Assembly (NCBI RefSeq): GCF_009914755.1
Contig: NC_060927.1
Strand: one strand, 5' to 3'
From: the human T2T-CHM13v2.0 reference genome, Homo sapiens
DNA length: 64,000 nt
Shown in pieces: positions 1 through 13,639 of the stretch. Every line of letters begins with the position of its first letter. The first letter of the stretch is position 1. The translations under genes were made by a program, and so were the position numbers. The notes beneath the pieces were generated by a model that made no database searches, was not told the DNA's origin, and was given only the letters and a program-made list of their open reading frames with translations.

Positions 1-511
1 AAACAATTTTTTAGAGGGAAAATATATGTTGGAGCAAGGTTACATTTCCGTGCAAAGGGAATATTCTATGAGTTCCTTAGTTACCACTAATGTAAGAAGG
101 ATTTCCAGCAGGTACTGGTGCAACTGGCCTACAAGATATTTATGGTCCATTAAGAGTTGTAAGCAAGACTGTTTCTTTTTCAGAAAAAAAGCAATTTTCT
201 CTTAAATATTTTAGTGTGTTATGACATGAATACACTATAGGGCAAGCAAAAGTATTTAAGTGGTTCAGCACACAAAACCAGCTCCAAAAGGATGACCTTG
301 GGAATTTTAGAAGCTTGGCTAGAGCATGTTGATGACTTCCTTGTGTTTAACAAAAACTATAAAAAGGAGTTATAATAAAGTACCTAGATGGGGACTACTG
401 GGCCATATCCTAAAAGCAGAGAAAATTCCTGACTTTGTAAAATGTCATTTCTTTCACTGTAAGTCTAAATTACTGGTAGTGTGTCTAGGACTTATAAATT
501 TATTGGAAATC

Positions 512-550
512 CAGTGTGTGTGTTGTGTGTCGTGTGTGGGTGTGTGTGTA
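512..550. repeat. Imperfect (TG)n microsatellite
   Basis: gtgtgtgtgttgtgtgtcgtgtgtgggtgtgtgtgt. Confidence 0.85.
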
Positions 551-1344
551 AATGTCTCTAAGGTTGAACAGGGATATGAAAACCATTTGGGATTTAGTAC
601 TGGAAGTCCCAGTGTCTAAGAAAATCGCTTTTCTCCCTATACATGGGTTTTCCATAAAATTGAAGGATAATATTTTCCTTAGGCTAAAGCAAAGGGTGAT
701 AGAAACAGGGACGGCTTTGTAGTCAAACAGACTTTGATATAAACAAGCTTTGCCATGAGCTGGTTATGAGGTTTTGACATAGATATTTACTCTCTGCAAA
801 TTTAGTTTCAATTCAATGGTATGAATGATATGCTTGGCACCTAGCAGACAGTCCAGCCCAATGTGTATTCTCATTGACAGTAATAATTTGATTATTATTC
901 TCAAATATTACATTTATTTAAAATAGATGTATTACTAGTCTCAGTGTATTCTCAATGACAATAATAATTGTATTATATTATTATTTTTCATTAGTGCTCT
1001 CCCTAGGAGCAAAGACTGCGAACTATAGTTGTTTATGACCACTAACCTTACACTAGAAGCCCAGTATGATTGGGTATTTTTCCCCCATTTTAAATAAGGG
1101 AAACATAAGATACTGAGATTTAAATAGCAAGTTAAACATTAAACAGTTTGCAATAAATCACTATGTTGACTCAAGGTGGAGAGAATTTAGAGCTACACAG
1201 GTATACCAGCTATTTCTTGATTTCCTTGATTAGAAAGAAAATCTGGCATCATTCAAATTCCTATTCTAAATCTGGGGAAGGTCATAACAGTCTCCACAAA
1301 CAGCTGCTTGCCAGTAAGCTGAAGCAGTTTGAAAGCATTCTAGA

Positions 1345-1635
1345 GCAAAACCATCCAGAAGAAATCTAATGCATGATACATATGTTATTAAAAGTGTTTG
1401 GTAGCAACACCAAAACAAGTACAAAGAAACAGGTGAAATTAATTTTAGTGATATAATTTTTAACTCAACATTACCAAAATATTATTTCAACATGTAACTA
1501 TTATAAAACATTATTAATGAGATATTTACTTTTTTTTTGGTAGAAGGCTTTGAAATCCAAACTGGATTTTACATTTACAACGCATCTCAATTCAGACTGG
1601 TCACAGGTGGCTAGCTGCTACCAAATTGAACATTA
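1345..1635 (+). mobile_element. MER33-like hAT-Charlie DNA transposon relic
   Basis: aaagaaacaggtgaaattaatttt...ttattaatgagatattt...catctcaattcagact...gtggctagctgctacc matches the remembered MER33 consensus. Confidence 0.75.
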
Positions 1636-2965
1636 ATGGTAGACGTCACCCCGCAGTGACAAAAATATAACCACATTTGAACACTCAAGCCGGGATTCTA
1701 AACATCAGGCTATGTTTCCAGGACTCTATGTCTCCAAAAGCAGGCAACTTGGAGGCCTTAGGATTCCTTCCTGCTGGCATGTGGCACATGAATGAACCTT
1801 GCTCCAAGCTAAGAGGTTACGGGATTTATTTATACAGGTTGTTTGAATTACATGTATCATTCTTTTGTCTAAAGAATGACAGGTGATAATTTAAAAATAA
1901 AAACATTTACAAATGCTTTGGGACTTTAAAATTGTATTAATTTTTATCTTCTGTTTCCCCCTAATTCTTGCTTATTTTGATTTTCTTCATTAAAAGAGAG
2001 ATAAAGTTAAATGTTTGGGGGCTTTTCACTTTGGGGCCATTATAATTTATATTGAGGGAATCGTGTCAATGCTTAATTCATATCTGTTTTATCTTTACCT
2101 AGTTTATCCATTTCTGATCATAATTTATTTTTCCAATAGTCTTTTTTTTTTTCTATCCTTAATCCCTATACTCTCATTTCTCTAAGTAAAATAGATTTGG
2201 AAAAACTACTGAGGTCTTGGTAGTTTGCTTTAGCAGGTTAACTCCAAACTTATCAAAACTTTTTGGACAATTTTAAGTGACTGTTTATTAATAGCTATGT
2301 CAAGAACCTTGAATGTAAACCTAAGATTTTTTTAAACACTGAAACAGCCCATTATTCAAGCACTGTAGTTAAACTTAGGTTTCATTGCAGCAGCCACTGT
2401 GAGACTGAGAGCAGAACTGTGAGAAGCAGGTAGGAAGACAGATGGACTCCAGCAACAAGGACACCTCGGAGGAGGCATTTTCCTCCTTCACCGGCAAGCA
2501 CCTTAGAGCTTTCTGATGGAATGTATCTGGTTGGAGCGAGAATTCACTGTGGAGGGCAGATAGGACTCTGCACAAGAAAGCCTGATTCGTGAAATAATGA
2601 GAGAGGACCACATGGAGTGGTTTGATAGAGTGGATTTACTATGGATGCTATGGATAGAGTGACACGTGATTAAATTTTTCTTATTTCTCACTAACATGCG
2701 ATTGAACGTATTCAAACAACATAGGAGAGCAATTTTGGGAAACTAATCTAGGGTGGCTTACCTCAAAGCAAACTCTAGGAAAAAGCCATGGCATCCTTTG
2801 CCTTGAAGCTCAACCTGTAGATACCTGCATCCTCCTCATCAAGCACTCTTCAGCCTTCTTTCATTACTTTTCCTCTTTAGTGTCCAATGACTTCATGATC
2901 TTCCTTGGAGGCTCCAGCTCACCATCACTACCATTATAGCCCTCCATGCTTCTCAACATTCCTCA

Positions 2966-3278
<313 letters not shown>

Positions 3279-3311
3279 GAGTTAATAAAATGACTAACCT
3301 GAATCATATAT

Positions 3312-3853
3312 TGTGACAGTTAATATTGAGTGTCAACTTGATTGGACTGAAGGATGCAAAGTATTGTTACTGGGTGTGTCTATGAGGATATTGCCAAAGG
3401 AGATTAACATTTGAGTCAGTGGACTGGGAGAGGCAGACCCACCCTCAATCTTGGTGGGCACCATCTAATCAGCCGTCAGCATGGCTAGAATAAAGCAGGC
3501 AGAAAGTGGAAAGAGCTGACTTGCTGAGTTTTCCGGCCTTCATCTTTCCCCTGTGCTGGATTCTTCCTGCCCTCGAACATCGGACTCCAAGTTTTTCAGC
3601 TTATGGTCTCTTGGACTTATACCAGTGGTTTGCCAGGGGCTCTCGGGCCTTCAGCAACAGACTGAAGGCTGCACCGTCAGCTTCCCTACTTTTGAGATTT
3701 TGGGACTCGGACTGGCTTCCTTGCTCCTCCGCTTGCAGATGGCCTATTGTGGGGCTTCACCTTGTGATCATGTAAGTCAATACTCCTTAATAAACTCTCC
3801 TTCATATATACATCTATCCTACTAGTTCTGTCCTGCTAGAGAACACTAATACA
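3312..3853 (+). mobile_element. MLT2A (probably MLT2A2) HERV-L solo LTR
   Basis: TG...CA termini and a 5-bp TSD TATAT on both sides (3307-3311 and 3854-3858). Starts tgtgacagttaatattgagtgtcaacttgattgg and ends ctagagaacactaataca. AATAAA at 3789-3794. The ~540-bp length fits A2 better than A1. Confidence 0.9.
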
Positions 3854-5802
3854 TATATTATCTGAATATTTGTTTCTGTGAGAAAAATGGGCACAAATAA
3901 CTTTTAACCAGATAAATGCTTTTCTGCTAATTTTGTGTCTCTCTTTTGAGGAACATAGAGATTTAGCTCAGTAATAATCTGACATAGGATAGGGTAAACC
4001 AGATGCTTACCCAGCTTTCTCATTACTAAAATAGGTAGTCAAAGAGCATTCATAGATACAGAGGGAGCATTTGAGGTCATAGGTCATTAAATTAGCATTA
4101 CTATATGCTTATTTGTTAGTTTTATCACATCTGGTTCTTTGAATAAAAAGTCTCCATTAATTTAGAAGAACATATCAAGTTGTTATCTTATTCTGAGTGA
4201 GAGACACCAAAGTTTTCATTCCAAAATTCTGAAATACCCAGAAACTTACCACTCAGTGGGAGGACATCAGTAAACCCAGAAGACAAAAAGCTAATTAACT
4301 GTCTCACTGAAACATTCCTTCCTTTTTGAAAAGTCAACTAGGGACCCATGGACTCTGAGCCCATTGTCAAATGGCGTGTGAAAGAGATCCAAGTTCAACA
4401 ACAAATATCATCAGCAATATAATGGTTCTCTCCAGCCCTCAGGGCCAAATGGCCTGCATTTTAGCAAGTTGATTTTGCTCATGAATTGTGTTAAGCCAAG
4501 CAATTGTTTCCCATGACATGCTTGAACCCACAGTTGCTTTGTCTATGAAATTCATGGTTGAATTTGTCCAATTGCTGATTGCTATTCCCACTTGCTTTAG
4601 TAATAGTCACTTCCTTCATCAGTAATGGGTTTTATATACAGTGCACAGTCACAACCATTCAATGTCACCCATAAGCATTTGATGAATTGTCCAATACAGT
4701 TATGAGAGTTGGTTATTTGGGATACAGCTAGGGTAAGTCTTACTGAGTTAATGAAATGATATGACATTAGGCCATGGGTGTTTCCTCCCCCACATTGGCT
4801 ATACACACTCTTTTATCTAAGGACGCATTTGGGTCATTACCATAATCTTCATCAACTTGTCAAGATAATGAAGGGCCCATTGAGTTCAGGGAAGGCTTGG
4901 CATAATTCATGAAAATTTAAAGAACATAGATGTAGAAAGAGTTTGGGAGCTACAGATAAATAAGATCTGCATAGACAACCACAAAGGAAGAGCTTCAGCA
5001 GACAATCTGCTTTGGAAGGGGGAGAGTTTGAGCTCAGTTTTGAGACAGAAGAGAGGCTCATACTCTGAAATGTCTAAGACATACTGCTGGAGGAACAGAA
5101 GGTGAAAACAAACTTAGAGATGATAATCAAGATTGGAAAGAAAGGAAGAGTAGCTCTCGAGCCTGCTTTCAGCAAATCCTACATCTGTATTTGTTATAGC
5201 CACCACACAAATCTAGGTTTGGTGGGAGGGGGCAAGTTAGTTATCAACTTCGACATGTGCCTATCAGACTTGCTTAGCAATCAGACAAGGTTTATAATTG
5301 CTTCCGCTAACCTTTCCAGAGTACCACAATTTGTAGCCTTCTGCACACTGATTTCTGACCAAAGGATTCTGTTCCATCAATGCCCCATTAAATTCACCTC
5401 AGATGGCTGATGGCACCATGTCGAAGTCTCACCCAGTGTGGCTATGAGTTAGTGAATTGACCGTCTGAAGAGCAATATATAGTCTCCTTTTAAATTATGT
5501 TAGAACTAGCAGAGAATTTCAGGTTCTTCTAGTTCAACACCTTGTTTTTTTTTAAATGTGTTCATTCATTTTCAAATATTCACTGAAGGTCCACCCTAGG
5601 CCAGATTAGATCCCTGCCCTAAAGACTGTAACACATAATTGGGGGATGCAGGTATTGAATAATAAAGTAATAAATTATGTCAAGTGTGGGAGGTGTTAAG
5701 AAGGAAATAGGTATGGCGATATAGTAGAGTTACTCTAGAGGGGACAGAGGATTAACTATTACAGATGAAATCAGAGAACAGTGAAAAGGACCCTTTGAGG
5801 AG

Positions 5803-5848
5803 GTTCTGCACATGTATCCCAGAACTTGAAGTTAAAAAACAAAAAAAA
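5803..5848 (+). mobile_element. Extreme 3' tip of an L1PA element
   Basis: gttctgcacatgtatcccagaacttgaagttaaaaaacaaaaaaaa resembles the L1PA 3' terminus plus A tail. No TSD recognised. Confidence 0.6.
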
Positions 5849-6559
5849 CTCACCTGGGGCCAGAGCACTGTAAATGAATAGGCAGGGAGATTAAACAGAT
5901 GTTTCAGTTAAACAGCATGCCCAGTATACCAGACAGAAGATCCTGGGGAATAGTAATCTTTGAGTAGCAGAGAGAAGAGGAGCAGCCCATGAAATAGGCA
6001 AGGATCTTAAACTCCAATGCCTTCAGGAGCTATGCATGCACCATTAGCCAGTGAAGCAAGCCTAGGTAGAAGGCAGTCGTGGCAACTGTATAGGCCTAGA
6101 GAATGAGCAATATGCCTAACAGCATTCAAACTCATTAAAAAATACTTTACAGTCACAATAAAGCAAATCACCAAAAATACTTTGCAGGCAAAAATAAAAC
6201 ACATGTGAAGAGGCAAGCAAAGCCCAAGGACCATCAATATGCAATGCTGAGCTGCAGGAAAAGCAGGAAGTAGGCTGGGAATGAGAAAAAAATAAATACA
6301 GTGTGGTTTCCTCTAAGTTAAAAAGAAAAGGTTTTACCTTTTATTTCCATGAACTTAACAATGAAAACAATATGTTTCACTAGGCAGTCACCCAAACATT
6401 GCAATACTGATAACAAAAAACCCCCCCCTATTTGTTACAGAACTTGTAAAACCTGAAAATGGCGGTAATGATCAAATGGGTCAAATGTGTAAAGAGAGGC
6501 ACCACAAATCCAAGTGGCCCATGCACTGACCAAATGTAGATATCCTCTTGAAGAATTGT

Positions 6560-7100
6560 GGCCATGTGCTCTGTGCTTGAGTGAATCCAGGGATGGGAAG
6601 CTCACCCCCTTGGAAGGCACTCTTTAAGTGTTCATTTTTTTTCACTTTGACCCGTTATTATGGAGAGCTAATGATATCTGCCACTTTGTAGTCCGATACT
6701 CACAGATCTGCCCTCTGGAGCCACATAGAATGTATTTAATATCTTTCCACCTGCCAGCCCTTCAGATATTTGGAAACAGTGACTCTGTTACTATCTTCCC
6801 TCTACAAGTCTTCCTTTTTCCAGGCAAAACATTCCCACCATCAATTAGTCTCCAAATCTGTTTTCAGACCCAACCACCTTTCTTATGAACCTTCTTATTT
6901 GTCACTAACCATCTTAAAACAGTGCCTAGAAAGAACACAATGTTCCTAGCCAATTTATACTCTGGGGCTTCTTTAGGCATAATTTTCTATGTCTGCAGCA
7001 GTAGAAATACAATTACATTTTATGGAGCTCAGTCTCCTGCTGTTCCTGTTTCCTACCTCCCACCCTCCAAGGCAGTCTGTTTGTTGAATGTCCTGAACAG
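6560..7100 (-). mobile_element. L3/CR1 LINE fragment
   Basis: tccagggatgggaagctcac...ctgccctctggagccacatagaa...cagcccttcagatatttggaaacag is typical of antisense L3. Confidence 0.6.
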
Positions 7101-9679
7101 ATGCATAATCTAGAGCAAGTGCTCCCATCAATATAAAGAATGCCATCCCTCATCACTCCATCGCTTCTGATTAAGATCATTTGGTCTAATGTACATTAAG
7201 TTCTATTCCAATAATGCCTGTGCGGTACTGCATGCTTTTCATGCCTCTTTCTGGACACTGTGTTATTAGATACTCAGCCTGGAGAAACATTTCCATACAA
7301 AGAGGAAGATAAAACTGAGAATGAATGGTTAAAGGCAAAGAGAAAATTGGGAATCTCACCCTTGGAAAGAATGGTAGATGGGAACATCCAATGACCTGGC
7401 TTTGAATCTGGTTCTCTATTTACTAACCATTGCTACTTAAAGAAAAATAGTAATAATAACAGTAAGAACAGAAACTACTATCTATTAACAAATTCTTGGT
7501 AAGTACCAAGCCCTGAAATAAGCCTTTCAGGCTACAATATCATATGGTTAGTAGATGCCACTGGGATTTGAACTTACTTCTGCCTGTTTCTAGACTTCAA
7601 TCTCTACATAGTCTTGTACCACAATTTCCCTTAGTGGATACTGTCTATACTACATATGACTTATACCACTGATTTTTAAAAAAAGAAAAACTCTCACAGT
7701 AATTACTTCTCCTGAGATGATCCTCCAAAATGTGGGAAGTAGAAACATGTGTTTTCTTTTCTGTGGGGCCATCAGAGCATGCAGACAAGGGCAAAGGAAT
7801 AAGACAGGAGAGAGAGGCCATACACCAACCACAGCACTGTACATTGTGTCTTGAACTGGGCTGAAAAGTAACCATGCAGCTTCATTTTAAGCACAGTTGG
7901 AACATCGACAAGATTTCAAGGTGACTGTTCAGCCTAAGGAAACAGTGTTTTCAAGCACTTTTATGCTACTTTAGCAGTATTTACTAGTATATAATTCACG
8001 TGCTAATTTATTCATTAAAACAGTCGTATTTGGCAACATTAACCTTAGTTTACATTAGTGAGATTGGTATTTGTATTTTAATTACATCTCTTTATAATTA
8101 CTCTATAATTCTGATTTTCTTCCAATGTGAACTAAGCCCTTATCAATCCCCAAACTGCATTCCACATCCAACGAAAATGAGTTCAAATTATAGTTTTATA
8201 GAAAATGGCTTTGTAAAACCCAGAGAGCCTATTCCCAAAGGTAGTCATGCATCAGAGTCTCCTGGGGATTTCCTTATACAATGACTGATTCCTGAGTGCT
8301 GTGCAATCTACTTGATCAGAATCTCCAGCGACGGGACCTCCTGGGAATTGAGACCTGCAGCAACTGGTCCACAAATCAGCACTTAGGGACTGGTGACTAG
8401 ACTATTTCCACTCTACACACATCCAGTACAGCTCTTGGAAAACATACAAAGCAAAAGATAGTAAGGGTTATCCTAAAGGCAGAATAACCAGCCACCTCAC
8501 GGAATCCAATGTGTTCCAGAAACATTAATTATACGTTTCATTATTAACTGCTGACCTATTGTTCTTTATTTTCAGGGTTTGAGTTGCTGTTTTAATTTCA
8601 TCACTGCAAAGAAGCCCTATAGACACACACACACAAAAAGATGCATAGATTTTAACTGGTCCCTGGAAACGAGGTAGAGATAATCATGTGGTTTATTTGA
8701 TAGAGCCACATGATAAACAATCGAGATAAACAATGTGTTTTAAAAAGCATTCTCAAAGAGTTAGAACAGGAATGTCAAAAAGACGGCAAATATGATACCT
8801 ACCTCCTATCCAATGCCCTTGGCAGGCATTGCTAATCAATCACAGCATTTTTCCTTGCATCCACAAACAGCCTCAAAGTCCATTTAACCAATCACTCCAG
8901 GGCACTAGTGCTATCTAATCTGCTCTACCATGTGGGGGACATACTTTCTCCTCTTTGGCTACAATAAACAGGTAAATTGAAATCACCTTATATTTTATAA
9001 CAGCCTGATCCATGACAGGCTGTATGCTCCACAAGGTGGAAATGGGCATCTGAAAGTTCTCATGTAGACAGGGCTTTAGGCGCAGATCACCTGGCTCTTG
9101 CTGGTTCATGTTTGTAGTGGTTTCACACTTGTATCTTTGAATGGGAGTACTTAGAAATAAATTAACTGCTTTAATATTTATGATATGTGAGTTACACTTA
9201 CTCAAACCAACCTAGTTTTTGCTCATGATAATTTAAATTTTCACTTTGAATAAATGCTGTTGGGAAAGACAAGCTGAGTTCCAAAGTGTTTTAAAAATTA
9301 AGTGTAGCATTTGACTAAAAGAATCATATATCAATCTGCTTGATTTCCAGTGGTAGCACTGTAGGTTTTCTTCTATGGAGATTCTGGGCCATATCTCCAT
9401 GCAAATATTTACTGTCCTGGTAAATGACAGGATAGAAATCACAAGGACACTTGGTTTCTGCTGGTTTTCATTTGAAAAAGAAAATCATTATAATTAATTA
9501 GTCATGGGTTCCCACGATGGCCATTCTTGACTCCTTGGCCTCTATTGCCACTTTCCAAGTCTGGCTAAATAGAATTCCATTTCAGACCATATCTAGGGTA
9601 ATACTTGATTCATTAGGTTGATGTCATCCCACCGACAGTCCCCGTGATCAAACAATAAGATCAGAGAGAACAGACCCAC

Positions 9680-9748
9680 CTCCTCATAGATGCTGTCATT
9701 CCTGTGAAAGTCTCCAGCCTTCCTGGGAAGAACATGGACGTGAACGTG
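9680..9748 (-). CDS. FHIT: FHIT coding exon 8 (69 bp, 23 codons, H94-E116: [23 protein letters not shown]), the histidine-triad catalytic exon of the diadenosine triphosphate hydrolase
   Basis: Minus strand reads ...tttttttctttcttgtacattttcag|CACGTTCACGTCCATGTTCTTCCCAGGAAGGCTGGAGACTTTCACAGGAATGACAGCATCTATGAGGAG|gtgggt. This gives a polypyrimidine tract, AG acceptor, GT donor and phase 0 on both sides. The peptide matches the FHIT HxHxH motif segment and lies inside ORF 9593..9832. Confidence 0.97.
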
Positions 9749-10312
9749 CTGAAAATGTACAAGAAAGAAAAAAAATGTGATTATCTCCCCATGTATTTTT
9801 AGACTTGACAGTGATGCTCTCATGAAGCCCAATTACTCCACGATGGTTCCTGCTGGGTTATTTTTCAGAGGAAGTTGATATCCACCTTTGGTAACTATAC
9901 CTGAAATCTGCCGAGAAGAGAGTGCACTAAGCAAGAGAGAACAACTTGGGGGTATATATGAGAGTTGGTGCGAAATGCTAGAGTGTTTCAGAGTCTCTGT
10001 GGAATTATTCATGGTTGTCAGTCTTGGTTGTAGTTAGCCAGTGCTTTGAAATGACAGTGCATCTTCAAAGGTGACCATCATGACTCTGAAACTGACAAGA
10101 AATAAGAATTTGCTAACAGAGAACTGCATAAGTAAAGAGCGAGTGAATGAGGTAGCAAGTAGTATGGGCAGAATTACAGACTTGGGGCTTCGAAAAATAA
10201 TCATATAATAGTAATACAAACAGTTCTCATTTAGTAAGCATTTATTTCCTATGATAAGGAAAGCTCTGTGTTTGGCATTCTTCATTTAGTACTCTTAAAA
10301 ATCCTATGAGGT

Positions 10313-10556
10313 GGCCGGGCACGGTGGCTCATGCCTGTAATCCCAGCACTTTGGGAGGCCGAGGTGGGCGGATCACGAGGTCAGGAGATCGAGATCATCC
10401 TGGCCAACACGGTGAAACTCCGTCTCTACTAAAACTACAAAAACAAAAACTTAGGAGGCTGAGGTGGGAGAATGGCCTGAAACCAGGAGGCGGAGCTTGC
10501 AGTGAGCTGAGATCGCGCCACTGCACTCCAGCCTGGGCGACAGAGCGAGACTCCTC

Positions 10557-10584
<28 letters not shown>
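10313..10584 (+). mobile_element. AluY-type element with an internal deletion of about 40 bp, inserted in a MIR
   Basis: Y-type diagnostics (ggagatcgag, gagaatggc, ggagcttgcagt). The start of the right arm is missing. Long pure A tail. Imperfect TSD aaaaatcctatgaggt / aaaaatcccgtgaggc. Confidence 0.93.
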
Positions 10585-10588
<4 letters not shown>

Positions 10589-11699
10589 GTGAGGCAAGGT
10601 CTACTATGATCTCCACTTTACAGAAGAAGATATCAATGTTCGGTGAGGACAGGGCGCCACAGGAAGTAAAAGTCAGCACCGGAAATGAGGTTGCCTGGCT
10701 TTGGCTCCTGTGTTTCATTAGCACATGCACTGATTCTGCGAACTTAATCTTTTAAATAGCCCATTTCTCTAGTCTACTAAAGCACCCAGGTAATATACAT
10801 AGCAATGCTATTATGCAATGATGGTGAATCAGGGCTCAGAGCATATCTAATTCAATATATTCTTCAAAGCTAAACTGCTATTTGAAAGTTTTACTTTCCA
10901 AATAGCCTCTATTGTACCTCGGCTGAAGTTAAACCTCATTTCTGCCCTTGAGCTATGTTCCACTTTTATTACAAACCGTGGGGAGGAATGCGAAAATGAA
11001 GAGCTTAAATAGAGAGAGGCAGACAGAGGGTCAAACCTCATCCCTGATCACCCACCCCTTCCTGATTACTGCGATCGGGTTCCGAGGCTCCAAAAGGCCT
11101 CAAGAGAACGTAAGATTTAAGTGTCCCTGTGGCTTCGCTGTACAAGGAGGGGGAAAGTGACACGCTATTAAAGCCGAGGCAGGGTGCAACGTGGTCCAAG
11201 GTGAATGAAGCAGAGAGGAGCTTCAAAGCAGCCCCTGAGCACAGTTCCCAAAGAGTGACACGCTTTTGCCAGAATATTCGCCAGTCAATGATAAAGCCAG
11301 TCACGGATCTCTCAGCAATTGGGCCAAGTGTGCACTTCAGTCACAAAGATTACGTGAGCATGGAGAGAGAAAGTGAAAGAACAAACAAGGAAAAAATAAA
11401 TCACAAACTACCCATGAAACCAAATTCTTAGGAGAAAGCCAGGCAGGTGGGCCTGGGCTGAAATCTACTGAAATCTCCAGATGGGCTGACTTAAAAGCAA
11501 AACCAGGAAAATAACGTAGAACAAGGATACAGACAACCCTTAGAAGGAGCCTTCACTCACTCTTTAATTCCAGAATCTCCTGCCATCCTTTCTTCTTCTC
11601 CTCTTTTTGTCCTTTCTTCTTTCTGTCCCCCTCCTCCTTTCTTCCCCTCTTCCTCCCTCCCATCCATCCATCTTTCATCATCTCCCTTATACATTCTAG

Positions 11700-11910
11700 G
11701 AAGTTCCAGACCAGTGTCTTCCAGTCAAACTTCCTAACACAAATCCTGGACCTACCACAAACTAACTGTGTGACCTTGTCTCACAAAGTCTATGTGTCAG
11801 TATCTTATCTATATGGGGATTATAATGGTTGCTACCTCACAGGGTTGTTAAGAGGATTAAGTCTGCTAACCATGTGCTGAGCATTCAGCTTTGCATGTAG
11901 TTAGTACTCA
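11700..11910 (+). mobile_element. MIR
   Basis: aaatcctggacctaccacaaactaactgtgtgacctt...ggggattataatgg...tacctcacagggttgttaagaggattaa. Confidence 0.7.
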
Positions 11911-12102
11911 TTACCTAGAACTGTACAAGAATTAGTTTTATTATTTAAAAAAACAAATTTAAACCTGAAGATCAAGTAGACATCACATTCAGGGATTGAT
12001 TTCTGCACCAGCAAAAAAATAAAATAAAGATATTAAGAAGCTCCTTGAATGAGGGCATTGTTCAAGCATCTCTTTTGTGAAAGCTGATTTCTGTTGCTTT
12101 GA

Positions 12103-12736
<634 letters not shown>

Positions 12737-13429
12737 ATGTGGAGACATCTTTCTGAATGCTTCTCTGGCTTTCTGCACTCTGACCACTCTCCTTGCGTGG
12801 TCCTCAGGAATATGCCTGTTAGTATCCACTACTAACATATGGGGGGTTGCGAACCTGCACTTGGGAACCTCCAGGGTCCAGGTCTATCCCCTGCCTACTA
12901 TTCTTTACCCTCGTCTTCTCGATTTAGTTCAGGGCTATCTCTATAGGCTGTGTTACCACTAAGTTCTAGAAAAGCCACTCTTGATCACTGGTAACCACTT
13001 GAAATTCGCCGTGACACACTGAAACCGTAAATAGCTCACTGTACAGGTGGTTTTTTCCCGAGGGCATAGATCTCAACCCACCCTGATATCGTGACATAAA
13101 TTCTTAAGTGACAGGCTGATCACACGATGCTGACAACCCACTCAGCTTCTCAGAACAGGGAAATCACGATAAAGCCAGCTCAAAGCCTCATTGCTGTGAA
13201 AAAATACGATCACTATGGACTTCTAATAGAATGACATTCTGATAAAAACGCTATGAATAGCAGAGATGAGGATAATTTGATATAATCTGTTCTTACTGCT
13301 TTCATATTAAGCTGTGGTGATCACAACTTACTTTTCTAAGTGCCAACAAAACATCTATTTAATAAAAGCCTTCCACAAATTTGCTAGGGGTTGCAGTTGA
13401 GCTGCTTGAGCTAGAAGAGTATCTTTTTA

Positions 13430-13625
13430 AAGTCCCATGACACATTCCACACCAAAAATGTTTTCATGGTCAAATAACATTTCACAATGCTCATTAGCAC
13501 ATTAAAGTATGAGAATTTCCACACAAAAGATGCTTGTTTAACTTCATCTAATCCAGCATTCCAGAAACTTATTTGATTGTGGAGTCCTGATTTTCCTGTT
13601 TCATTCATGTAACACTTCTGTACAC
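13430..13625. mobile_element. Old hAT-Charlie (MER103-like) fragment; a related copy in opposite orientation lies at about 56070-56380
   Basis: tgtttaacttcatctaatccagcattccagaaacttatttga compared with gagatgctagagttaaacaaagctaaa in the second copy. Confidence 0.45.
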
Positions 13626-13639
13626 TTTTCTAAAGTATA

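Noticed and set aside
9593-9832. 79-aa ORF as a stand-alone HIT microprotein
   Set aside because: Only the central 23 codons are FHIT. The flanks are the polypyrimidine tract (FFFFLVHFQ) and intron read-through.
10306-10755. Alu-overlapping ORFs (also 12218-12703, 14838-15187, 16067-16519, 35624-35908, 43764-44171, 50247-50722)
   Set aside because: Typical Alu translations with poly-K/F from tails; no evidence of coding function.
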